Shown piece after piece: positions 52,549 through 64,000 of a DNA stretch of 64,000 bases. Position numbers and translations under genes: made by a program. The DNA is from Eledone cirrhosa (taxonomy: Eukaryota). The notes beneath the pieces are model-generated. The model saw only the letters and a list, made by a program, of their open reading frames with translations. It did not search any database and had not been told where the DNA came from. How positions within the stretch are numbered: the first letter of the stretch is position 1; every line of letters starts with the position of its first letter. The stretch lies in contig OZ024742.1 in the NCBI GenBank assembly GCA_964016885.1, positions 284,332,001-284,396,000 of the forward strand. Direction: 5' to 3'.

Positions 52549-55500
52549 TTACAACACCTCGTTGTAAACGATGTTTCTTGTTTTTCCTCGGCGTGCAAAT
52601 GCGAAAAGACTTTCCCTGCTGCCCACTCTAGAGCACCCAACGTAAATTGTCCGTGGGAGCAACACGGTTCTTCCAGAAGAAGTCCGGCCACAGAAAGAGT
52701 CTGGCCCTGGGACTTGTTGATGGACATAGCAAAACTGACCCGAAATTGGAAATTGGAGTCTTCTGAAGGTGAACGGAATTTCTGCTCCCGAGGGAATGAG
52801 AGGAATTCTCGGAATGAAGATATCATCACCTTTTCCGCATCCAGAAAGGATTGTTGCCTCGATTACATGTGCCATCAAATTTTTACAGCCAGCCGTGTCC
52901 CGTTGCACAGTCTTGGTGGTTCCAAATTCCGCAGCAGCATTACAGGGGTGCCAACTTTAAGGAGAAGCATGTGAAGCGGTAGTCCTGGGGGCTCCAAAGA
53001 ATTGAGGAACTCCGGCGGAAAGTTCACCACTTCGTTGGGATCTGGCATCGTGTCAACAGATTTGTAAGTGTGAAGAACACCAGGAAGGGAGTGCAGTAGT
53101 TGGTCGTTGGTTTTGTTAACAGCAACGTTTTTTGGAGCTAGCACTGCTCTTTCACACAACCATGCGTGGTTCTGGTAATTGTCTCTCAAATCTGGAAACA
53201 CTTTGTCTTTCAGCTCCCCCGCAAATTAACTGAGGTCGAAAATGGCCACACTTGCAACTCTCCTGCAGCGTCCAGAGGTATTTTGCCGTCGCCAAGTTTC
53301 AAAATGTCCTGTGCAAATTCTGCGGACGTTTGGTCGCCGTGTAATTGAACTCTCATGTTGGTTGTAAGAATCAGTGTCCTGACATGGCGCCACAGAGGAG
53401 AGGACTTTAGGCATACTTGGACCTCATCTGCTCTTGTGCCTTTCGGAATGACGGGAAGAGTCTGCCTGAAGTCATCCGAAAGCAGAAGCGTAACACCCCC
53501 CATGGGAGCCTGGCAGCCTTTGATGTCCTTTAGAGGTCTGTTTAATGCGTCCAAAGCTCCCTTATGGGCCATGGTGCACTCATCCCAGACAATGAGCTGA
53601 CATCGTTTTAGGACTTGGCCCTGGTCGGAGGTCTTGCTGGTGCTGCAAGTAGGCGTTTCTGACGTTGTTAAATTGCGAGGCAATTTAAAACTGGAGTGTG
53701 CGGTCCTGCCACCGGGCAACAAAGTGGCAGCAGAAGAGGCAACAGCAACCGCAATGTCCTTGTGCATCTTGACTTTTGCAAGGAGGAGTCTCGTTTAAAA
53801 TGTTTTGCCCGTCCCTGCAGGAGCATCCAGAAAGAACATACCTCCTTTTCTGTGACGCACATGGTCGGCAACAATGGTGTAAGCACGACGTTGGTCAGGA
53901 AGAAGTTGTGGTTCAGTTTCAAGGACGTACTTGGTAAGAGCATCGACGTCGTAGGACGTTTCTCGGAGAAGAGCTGTAGGAAGTACGTTTGACCCTGTAC
54001 AGATTGTTTGGGGCAGACCATATGAGGGCAAATAATTTCCGCCGAGTGATGCAACTCTATCCTCTATGTCAATCAACGCTAAATTGAAGACCTCGTCGCT
54101 GGTACCTTCCATCTTAGGGTATTGCACTTGCGCCTGACGTTTGTAGTCCTCGGATAAGTCATCTTTATACTTGAGCCATAAAGAGATAGGATTACTCAGT
54201 TCGCAAGTTTGCAGCAGTACTGCAAATAGAGATCGTAAGCGCATAGGCGATTGAGATGCAATAGCTTCGAATAAAGTGGCATCCACTGCGCACCGTCTTC
54301 TAGCAGGCCGCGCTTGAAGCAAGCTTCCCTGTAAGTGCTGCACACAGAACCGTCGGCAGTTCTAAGGTCATAAAAGGACTGGGGTCCTCTTACCTCATGT
54401 AGCAGAAGACGGAGGTAGAAGAACTCATGCTGGTTTGGGTGCACTGTGTATACTCTCCCTAGGCAACTGTCAAACTTTATGCCAGGATGTCCATCAACAG
54501 GCTGACCTACCTTTCTGCGAACCCATTATTTTTTATTCCACGTGTTATAGGACGACACCTGAGGATACAGCAGGGTTTGAGCAAATGAATCGGCCTGACA
54601 AAGTTTGAAGAATGCAGTGAGGGTGGTTTCCCGTGGTTCCTCCACCATTTGAACAGCATTAACGTCAGTGAAGTACACCCTTTGACCGTTCTCCAGGTGC
54701 ACTGCAAGCTGTTCAATTGCAGGGTGCCTTTGGTGTATAGGGAAGCCGAAAATACGCCAAAAAGCCTCGTTGCTGCTGATGTAACGGCCAACTTGGTATT
54801 GCGTGACCTCATCACGGCTGTTGTCCTGTTGAAGACCGAACATCGCAGCGTCTGAACCCTTATTCACATATTTACATATGTACTTAATTGACTTGACGGA
54901 ATTAGAGAACTCGACATTGATGTGAGCACCGAAGGTCTTGGAAAGAAATGGGCAGTATGGCACTCTCCACCTGTTGTCGACCTCGTGCTGTCCAACTGTT
55001 GCTGTAAAACCACCGTCTCCGGGTTGGCGTCGCCTGTACAGTGGGTATCCGTCAACGCCAGTCTGGGTTTCTTGGAGGAACTTTCGGGGAAATCTTTTGC
55101 TGCAGAGATTGTCGTTCAAGCAAGGTGAGCTTAAATTGAAGTCCCGCCCACATGGACCATCGACCATGTTTGTCTTCACTATGTCATAGAGGTCTTTGTC
55201 TACAGACGGATCGGGAAACTCTGCGGAGATGATGCTGTCAATGTCATTTGAAGATATTTTTGTTGACAGCCAAATGAGGATGTGGGCGTGCGGTAGGCCC
55301 CTCTTCTGCCACTCTATGGTGTACATGTCGCACTTTACTGGGCCAAAGACTTGGCCTCTCTTGATGAGCTCCATGAGATTGATAAACTTCAGCCGAAAGA
55401 CTCGGGCCAGGAGGTCATGCCTGTCTTTGGCCTGTTGCTCTTGGAACAGTTCTGCCCGATCTCCTTCCACTTTGGGTTGCAAGTGAATGTGATGAACAGA

Positions 55501-57437
55501 TCGGGCCTGCCGTAATGCCGTACGTAGGTTATAGCATACTGCGTTCTCTCGTGCATGTAGCGCGGACTTCCGGTGAAGGTGGAGGGGAGAATGCAGACCT
55601 TTCCTACGCTGCTGGGAGCTGCGTCATTGTTGATGGCATCTCGGAGATGGATGTAGCTCTCAGACCGCAGTTGTCTTTGGTGTGAAACACAGTCTCTCCG
55701 ATTCCATTTTTGCGCACATATCAACGGCAAATTGCTGAAGTAGGTCTCTTGACTGGTGCAGGTGATTGAAGGAATCGTGGTGAACCATGAAGTGGTAGGA
55801 GTAGAAATCCATGCATGAAACTGGTTTTTTGACGGAGTGTTGAGGGTTTACTGGATTGTGCTGGTGAAAGCCGTCCTCACCATTTACAAAGAGAAGTGGA
55901 TACTGGAGCGCATCGTAAGACCTATGTGTTTCGCTGATTCGCTGAAGAGTGCTATCTCGACGCTTGAGGACAATGTCTCGTGGATTATGCTGACCCCCAT
56001 GCATAAGTACAGCGATTTCATTGCATGCAGGATAATTATACCGACCCGGATGCTCCCCAGATGACATTTTCGAGGCATCAATTACCACATTAAAATTGGC
56101 TGTGGTATCTGCTTCCAAGGCATACTTGAAGCTAATGTCATAGCTGTTTTTTGTGTGCAGAATGTCTTGCAATTTCCTTATAAGCTCGACATTGGTACCG
56201 GGTGAAATGGAGTTCCTCATGGCTGCCTGCTCGTTGACATTCCCAACAAAGTACAGCTGAAGAAATTGAGGTTCTTGATTGGTGTCAGGTTGGAGGGATT
56301 CGATTCTATGGTACACCTGACCTTGAACCTTAAATGTGGGCATAAATCCGCCTTCCTTGACAATGTTCGCCCCAAAAGATGTCATTTGGAAAGCACAATT
56401 ATACCTCCGGATGTAAGTCAGGAAATGCCGTCACTCCGCAGTACTGCCTGAATATAGGAGCTTCAACGGTTGTGGTGGATCCTCCAGGGGACGTAATTTT
56501 ACTTTTCCATTTGCGCAACAGAAGCTAGTGTTTCTCCGGGCCACTTTTTTGCATTGCAGAAAGAGCACGTCTTTGACATACTCCCAATTCGCATGTCTGG
56601 ATGGCCACTGTAATCAAAGTCAGGGTTGTACTCGAATGCTTTCAAGGACCATCGTGAGCTACACGGCCTTGAAATACCCTGTCCAAAGGCCCTTCGTTGA
56701 GCATTACATTGTAGTCGAATGTCTCGTTCTTGCGAGGTCTGTGTAGCTCGCACAGCAGCAGTATTCGCAGAATCCGTACTCCGACGTCTTTTACGCTGGT
56801 CGTACGTCTCGGCAGCTCGCGCAGCAGCAGTATTCGCAGCATCCGTACTCCGACGTCTTTTACGCTGGTCGTCCGTCTCGGCAGCTCGCGCAGCAGCAGT
56901 ATTCGCAGCATCCGTACTCCGACGTCTTTTACGCTGGTCGTACGTCTCGGCAGCTCGCGCAGCAGCAGTATTCGCAGCATCCGTACTCCGACGTCTTTTA
57001 CGCTGGTCGTCCGTCTCGGCAGCTCGCGCAGCAGCAGTATTCGCAGCATCCGTACTCCGACGTCTTTTACGCTGGTCGTACGTCTCGGCAGCTCGCACAG
57101 CAACAGTATTCGCAGTATCCGTACTCCGACGTCTTTTACGCTGGTCGTACGTCTCGGCAGCTCGCACAGCAGCAGTATTCGCAGAATCCGTACTCCGACG
57201 TCTTTTACGCTGGTCTTCTGTCTCGGCAGCTTGTGCAACAGAAGTTGATGCAGCATTAACGGTTCGGCGAATGGTTCGTTGATTGTCTGTTTCAAGTGCT
57301 CTTCTGGTGGCAGTACGTTTAGCATCTTGCGACCGACGAATAGCAGATTCCACTGACGATTCGTTTGCCCGCCCTGTTCGTGTTGTTGCTGCTTTCGCAG
57401 TTTTTCGGCCAATGGAGTATCTCTTCCTTCGAGACAT
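52549..57437 (-). pseudogene. Helitron RepHel transposase (repeat N-terminus, Zn finger, HUH-Y2 Rep, Pif1 helicase), disrupted
   Basis: Rep motifs PDLFITFTCNP, EWQKRGLPHAHILIW, YICKYVNKG. Helicase motifs DAPAGTGKTF, IVWDECTM, DFRQTLPV, FAMSINKSQGQTL, YVGCSRV; C-terminus TRNIVYNEVL*. Split by several frameshifts and in-frame TAA stops (e.g. 53795, 54526). Confidence 0.95.
56761..57243 (-). repeat. coding minisatellite, 7 x 69 bp (23-aa STPR-like repeats) in the RepHel N-terminus
   Basis: Unit AETYDQRKRRRSTDAANTAAARA; copies begin at 56761, 56830, 56899 and so on, nearly identical. Confidence 0.9.
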
Positions 57438-58914
57438 GACCTAAAAGCAGTACGAAGTACACTGAAACTCACTGGTAGAGTAAGGAGTAAACTCGTCAGT
57501 GAATTAAAAACCGATGCATGTGATTTCCGAACGGGGTATGGATAGAGAGAGGGGTAACAGTAAGAGCAGCGGTTGGAATGAGTGTAAGTTAGTGAATATG
57601 TTGTCAGTGACAAAAATGGCGTAAATGAAACGCCACACACAAGTACACACACACACTGAAGCACGCAAACGCAGAAACGCACGCAAACTCACACACACAC
57701 ATGTTAATAGATTTAACTCATAATGGAACCCTGCGCGAACACACACACACACACACACGCACACGCACATACACACACGCGCGCACGCACACACACGCAC
57801 GCGCGCACGCGCACACACACACGCGCGCGCGTGCACACACACACGCACACGTGTTAATTACTTATAGCTTTCCTTCCCCTCTTCCAGCGTCTCTCTCTCT
57901 CTCTCTCTCTCTCTCCCGCTATCCCCTCTTTTAGTCTGTCTGTTTCTTTCACTCTCACTCTTTCTCTTTATAACTCACTCACATTAATACTAAAGGGTTA
58001 AGGTATTGTTCTCAAAATAAATAATATTAAATCTATGAGATTTTTATATTATGTGAGATAAAGCCTTTACCATGAAAATAATATAGTATATATAGAGTAA
58101 TGTAAATGCTAAAGGGTTAATTCCATCAGACCATGTGAGATAGTTTATAATCACTCACGCACACATACACACTCACGCATGCAAACGCACACAAACTCAC
58201 ACACACACGCACGCACGTACACACACACGCAATAGTTATTCCACTGTCATGCATCTTTGACGCATACAACTCTCAAAAGACGGCGTCTGTCACTCTCTCT
58301 CCCACTCTCTGCCGCTATCCCCCTCTTGTAGTCTGTCTGTTTCTTTCACTCTCACTCTTTCTCTCTGCAACTCGTTCACATTTCTCCCCTCTATCGAAAA
58401 ACGAATGGCGAGGAGTAGAGAGCCACTTCTTCACTTCGCCTCTCCGTTTCTTTTTCTCCCCTCTCACTCCCTCATTATGTACAGACATTGGCCACTTCAC
58501 TAATTCGTTCCCTAGGTCAGAATATTGCTCAAAACACTTCCGGGGCCATACGGGTTACCTGTGTAAAGTTTGAAAAAAACGGTTGGGTACTTCTCGAGTT
58601 TTAGGCAAACAGACACACAGACAGACATCCTCTGTTTTATATATATAGATATCTTGAACGTAAACATTTGAAGAGGTCCAAGGCTCACGAAGAAAACTTC
58701 AGTGTATATATTATTATATCATATCTTACACATAACGGTTTGAGAAAGACTGAAGCCTACGGAAAACATTTCAATGACTAAAATGTATAAAAACACCTCA
58801 ATGATACACATGTATATTTTTATAATGTCTTATAAAAGAAATTGAAAAGGTACAAGGCCCACAGAGGACACATCAATGGCCCACATGTTACAAATCGTTT
58901 CCCTAATGTTTGTA

Positions 58915-59400
58915 TTAGACTGGAAAGAAAGTTCTCACCATTTTTCAAATTTTTATTGACTTTGGCGTTTTTTAACATTAGGAGAATTTTATAAGTCAAA
59001 ATAACCGGCATCATTTGTGATTACTGTCTGCTATAATTTAGGAAGGCACGTGATTCCATCTCTGTAGAATTCTTTTGGCTTTGATGCAAAGAATTCCGTC
59101 AGCTACTGATTTAACTGGTCTTTGTTGACCAAGGTCTTTGACTGCATTGCGTTGTTAATTGAGAGAAAACGGTGATAGCATGTAGGCGCAAGGGTGGGCG
59201 AATACGACGGTTGGGGCAGAACCTCCCAACCTAGCTTCCGGGGCGTCACGTGGATCACTTTGATGCCGCCGAGCGTTATAAAGGAATCGAATAGGACCAT
59301 GGTGGGAAACTTAATGAAAATTAAAAGTACTCGAATGTTGCTCTACACATACACTGCTGAGATTCCAGTATTGATCCATGCTGACTTCCTATACTGAGGT
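58915..59400 (-). mobile_element. mariner transposon 3' fragment
   Basis: LGWEVLPQPSYSPTLAPTCYHRF resembles the mariner YSPDLAPSDYHLF motif. TIR-like tattagactggaaagaaagttc at the left end. Confidence 0.8.
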
Positions 59401-59559
59401 AATACCTAATGAAAAAGAAATAACAACTATAATATTTTAAATTTCAACAAAAAAAAATGTATTGTATATTTATATTTTAATACATATTTAAAACATGACG
59501 GTGCCCTCCCCGGAGGTCACTGAAGCTCTGAGGTGTAGCCCACTTAACCAATATACAGC

Positions 59560-60110
59560 ATTTGGTCGTGGGTTTCGAAGCAGATTTCCATAGATCTCAA
59601 TGTTTTTGAAAGAATGGTTCACATCTGTTGGGTTGTTCATACCACACCAGTATTTTTTTTTTTTTTTTTGATCCCTAAAAATTATATTAGGCCTGTTATG
59701 TTTGCATTTATCAGAGGTTTTGATAGGAATATTCCGCCAACATTCCTTGATACTGAATATCGAAAAGGGTATTATTTTTCTACAGATGGCATTGTATATT
59801 GTTTTAGTAACAACGTCATGCCATATCAGGGAGGGGGTATTTGATGACATTTTAGGGGATGCTACTGATCACATGTGTAATATTTTCCACAGATATGTGA
59901 CATTTTAGTCATATTTTGCGAATTTAAGCGCTTCACTGTGTTTTTTGTTCAACGGTGTTTGCTTAAACTTCTTTTTAACTATCTTCTGCTCTTGGATTGC
60001 AAAAGCCTAACATCTGAATATAACGTGATATAATGTGCACGAACAGAAGAGAAGCTTTCCGTCTTGTCGATATTAGCTTGTTCTTGGAATTTTCAGGAAA
60101 CACATCCATA
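59560..60110 (-). mobile_element. degraded R4/Dong-like RLE retrotransposon fragment
   Basis: HDVVTKTIYNAI..NIPIKTSDKCKHNRPNI parallels RHDGIARTIWN..LKIKTATKLKHNRPDI at 62.4-62.6 kb. Confidence 0.7.
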
Positions 60111-60493
60111 CATTTTTTTTGACTTCACGGTTCCACAAAAAGAGATCGATATAAGCTATGGTGTCGATTAAATCCCTTCATCGACTAAATCCCTTCTAGG
60201 TGGTGCCTCAGAATAACCGCTGTCAATTGACTGAAATCAGTAAAAGAAGAAAAGAAGAAAAGAACACAGGGTGTTACTTCTTCAACTATTTGTTGAGATA
60301 GGTTCATTCCATAGTTCTGTGGCCACATGGAACACCTTCAAGAACTGAATTCTTCAGACGCACGCCTCGTAAAACGTTATCCTCTTCACTTTTTAATACT
60401 TATTTAGTACCTAATTTTATCAAGCTTGGAAGGGTGAAATGCAAAGTTGTCCTCGGTGGGATTTGACATACTTATAAACATACATAGAAACGT

Positions 60494-60612
<119 letters not shown>

Positions 60613-60619
60613 ACACACA

Positions 60620-61100
60620 CATGATGGCTGCAACTCGATTTCGAGTAATGCAATCGCTCGATACTTAAGCATGGGCATCACGGACGTGGCTTTTTGCCTA
60701 TCACCAGCAATACCATACATCGCAAAAAATGTCACATATCAAGTGATGCCTGTGCTTGAAGCTTTTTTAAGTGAGGAAGGGCTTTGCATGGGGCCAATCC
60801 CACTCTCTGAACATCAAATGCATTTACCCCAAAAGAAGAACTGGTCTACATCATTGGATGCAAACGAAGTCGCAGGTTTTATATCAGAGTGACATTCTCC
60901 TAGGAGGATATCTTAATGAAGACTAGGAGTCTCTCGCTCCACAAAAAAAAAAAAAAAATATTGGATGGTCGTTAAACTCTCTTGAATTCCTCCGCCCTTT
61001 GACAGGCTTTGTTTTCCATCCAACAGGGTGTCCAAATTCATCCTCCTCACCAAACATGCTCGGTGGGGGGCCGGTTTAGTCACCGACGACCTGACCATGC
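60620..61100 (-). mobile_element. second copy of the 47.4-47.9 kb repeat
   Basis: Reverse complement matches 47430-47940 (e.g. gtggagcgagagactcctagtcttcattaagatatc). Bounded by (CA)n and (TACA)n. Confidence 0.85.
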
Positions 61101-61243
61101 ACATACAACGTACAAGTGCACCTAAATTCATACAAGCATGCATACATGCTTGATTACATACATACGTACATACATACGTACATACATACGTACATACATA
61201 CGTACATACATACGTACATACATACGTACATACATACATACAT

Positions 61244-62997
61244 AAGATACATTACCAGCAGGGCATCTTTCAGGGTGATAGCTTGTCAGTGCTACTCTTC
61301 GTTCTCTCACTAAATCCACTATCTTACCTACTCAGGAAACAAGGTGGACAAAGAAGTGGGTCCAGAAGTATCTCCCATCTTTTCTTTGTTGATGACCTGA
61401 AGTTGTATGGGCCAAATATCAATGACATCAAGAAACAATTGGACCTCATTACACAATTTTCAACCGACATCAAAATGAAATTTGGTGAGTCCAAGTGTGC
61501 ATATTTGGCAGTAAAACGTGGAAGAGCTGTGCCCTCCTCTAGAAATCTAGAGATGAACGGCCTGACAATACAACCTCTGCAGTCAGGTGAAAACTACAGA
61601 TATCTTGGACAGGATGAGAATGTCAGATATGATGGACCCATAAATAAGGAGAGAACCAGAACTGAATACCTCAGAAGAGTAAAGAAAATATGGTCATCAG
61701 AACTGTCAGCGTACAACAAATACATTGCCCACAATACTTATGCTGTGCCAATTTTAACGCCAACATTTAGCCTGCTGATCTGGTTATTGCAATAACTAAG
61801 TGAGATGGATGTTAGAACTCGCAAACTTCTCAGTGTTACTGGAAACTTTAACATCAATGGGGATGTGGACAGACTATAGTTCTCACGCAAGGAAGGTGGC
61901 CGGGGTCTAAAATCCATATTAACATCATATGAGACCCGGATAGTAACACTGAAGCAACATCTTCAACAGAGGAAAAAGGTTGGCAACCATCTTGCTCAGG
62001 TTTATGAGCATGAAAAAAGAAATATCATTAGAATAGCGACTGATCTGGAGGAGAGATATGGAATAAAGCCTGATATAAATCTCTCACCCAGAGGAATCGG
62101 AAGATCCTATTCAATGTTCAAACAGGATGAAAACATTGACCAATTTACAGAAAAAGTTGTGCATGGATACTTGAGACGTAAAACACAAACCATAGAGGGG
62201 ATAAACCACTCAAAAAGCCTGGCATGGAGTTCCAACAATTTATGACATCACACCTTGAGGGATATCTCTATGCAATACAGGAACAAGAACTCCCTATCAA
62301 ATATCTGCTGCACAAAAGGGGAGGGCCATCAGCTGACAATAAATGTAGGCTATGTAAAACAAAGATCGAGGATGTAAGCCACATTGTTGCCAGCTGCGAA
62401 AGAATGTCATCTCGCTACTACCTCCCCATGAGACACGATGGGATAGCTAGAACCATCTGGAACACTCTTCGGAAAACAAAATTAACAACAAATGAGGAAG
62501 AATATATTGAGACAGATGGCACTAAGGAATACTGGTGGAACCTGAAAATAAAAACTGCCACCAAATTAAAGCACAACCGGCCTGATATTGTAGTTTGGGA
62601 CCACACATTGAAAACGTGTTCTGTTGTGGAGATCAGCTGCCCACTTGTTGTAAACGTTGGCAGAAAAATACAGGAGAAGGAGGACATCTACGGACCATTG
62701 ATGAGCAGTTTACAAATCCAGTATCCAAGATACACCTTTAGCTTCATACCCATCATTATTGGAGCTACGGGTTATATACCAACCCGCTTGGACCAAAGTA
62801 TGACTGAACTTGGATTTGCTGACAAAGAGAGCAGCTCCCTAATTCATAGTCTACAAATGGCTGCGATAACTGGCACCTTCAAAATTTGCAAAACATTTCT
62901 TGCGATTCAAGGGATGACAATTTCTTTTCTTTTACAACCTTGCCACCAGGAAGGTGGCCGGTCAAAAAAATATACTCGAAATTAAGAGAAAGAGATA
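61244..62997 (+). mobile_element. R4/Dong-like (RLE-type) non-LTR retrotransposon, 5'-truncated
   Basis: RT motifs GIFQGDSLS, HLFFVDDLKLY, YRYLG, RKEGGRGL. CCHC knuckle CRLC..SHIVASC, RHD, and restriction-like endonuclease RPDIV..VEISCP..KEDIY. A few frameshifts/stops. Confidence 0.9.
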
Positions 62998-63109
62998 ACA
63001 TATACATACATACACACATACTGATTTAGGTCGACATAATTGTGGAGCAAGACGTTCAAATAGACATTATATACGGTTCTTTACACATGCACGTCTGATG
63101 TTTACTGCG

Positions 63110-63110
<1 letters not shown>

Positions 63111-63143
<33 letters not shown>

Positions 63144-63410
63144 TATGTATGTATGCATGTATGTACGTATGTATGTATGTTTGTATGTATGTATGTACAT
63201 ATGTATGTATGCATATATGTATGTATGTATGTATGCATGTATGCATGCATGGATGTATGCATGTATGTATGCATGTATGTATGCATGCATGTATGCATGT
63301 ATGTATGTATATAAGAATGTATGTATGTGTGTATGTATGTATGTACGCATGTATCTATGTATGTACGCATGTATGTGAATACATACGCACACACATGTGT
63401 ATGTATGCAT
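63111..63410. repeat. (TG)n plus degenerate (TATG/CATG)n tract
   Basis: Directly visible. Confidence 0.9.
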
Positions 63411-63700
63411 TGTTTTTCGTAAAAATCAGCTACCAGCCATCAGGAATGACACACTAGAGACAAAATCATATGACACAGACACGACTTAGTTTCCTAGATC
63501 ACGACCAAAACAGTCACTCGTCTGATTTTTTTCATTCTTTTTTTTTTTTTTTTTAAAAGACACACAAAGAAAAAACAACAAAAAACCAACAAACAATCAA
63601 ACAAAAATCAAAAGCTACACGACTGAAATCCCTTAAGACCGCCAGAAATGCCAGCCAACACTGATATTCAACTACTCCTGTCACCATTGTCAAATAGCAA

Positions 63701-63752
<52 letters not shown>
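63701..63752. repeat. (TAA)n microsatellite
   Basis: Directly visible. Confidence 0.95.
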
Positions 63753-63756
<4 letters not shown>

Positions 63757-64000
63757 TATTTTTAAAAAATAAAGAAATAGAATTGAAAAAATTGAAACTA
63801 AATAAGTTCCACAACAATATCAAACTTAACAAAAGTCCTCCTGAGACATTATCCCACAGACCTATTACATTATTTTTTGTTCTCCTTTGAAAATATTTCA
63901 AAGACTCCGTTCTTTTTTCTACTACACAATCAACACTCAACCATCCAAACATCACACACCACCAGCTCTGCTCACAAGCTGAAGCTGCAACACGATTCTA

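Larger units (their letters stand above)
51873..58649 (-). mobile_element. full-length Helitron H3 (autonomous type, inactivated)
   Basis: 5' A|TCTATATAT at 58649; 3' hairpin ccgggcaacgccgg plus CTAG at 51873; encodes RepHel; no TSD. Confidence 0.95.

Noticed and set aside
56761-57243. CRISPR-like appearance of the regular repeats
   Set aside because: Contiguous coding tandem units with no unique spacers and no cas genes; eukaryotic context.
52549-57437. RepHel as an active gene broken only by sequencing indels
   Set aside because: In-frame nonsense codons and motif substitutions (e.g. SDDFRQ for GDFRQ) accompany the frameshifts, which favours true decay.
56642-57682. 346-aa, 187-aa and 172-aa ORFs overlapping the Helitron repeat
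   Set aside because: Alternate-frame or antisense read-through of the stop-free 69-bp repeat.

Overview
AT-rich, microsatellite-dense animal genomic DNA. The SINE families and (TA)n/(CA)n/(TACA)n load suggest an octopus or other coleoid cephalopod (inference, no search run). The only host gene I can support is the 5' end of a Hedgehog receptor patched (ptc/PTCH) gene on the minus strand. It has a first coding exon at 36010-36117 (acceptor at 36126), a ~17.6 kb intron, and a 193-bp exon at 18176-18368; later exons were not found and probably lie left of the window. A CpG-rich promoter-like block at ~38.4-38.7 kb carries GC-box, PBX/MEIS decamer, CCAAT, RFX X-box and Gli-like sites. The rest is mostly transposon debris: three Helitrons joined head-to-tail at 50810-58649 (one with a disrupted RepHel gene), a second Helitron relic, RTE LINEs, an R4/Dong-like RLE retrotransposon in a (TACA)n tract, Tc1/mariner elements, SINEs and MITEs. 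The patched intron also contains several Penelope-type hammerhead ribozyme motifs and a perfect 76-bp inverted repeat. Most ORF-track entries are spurious microsatellite translations.
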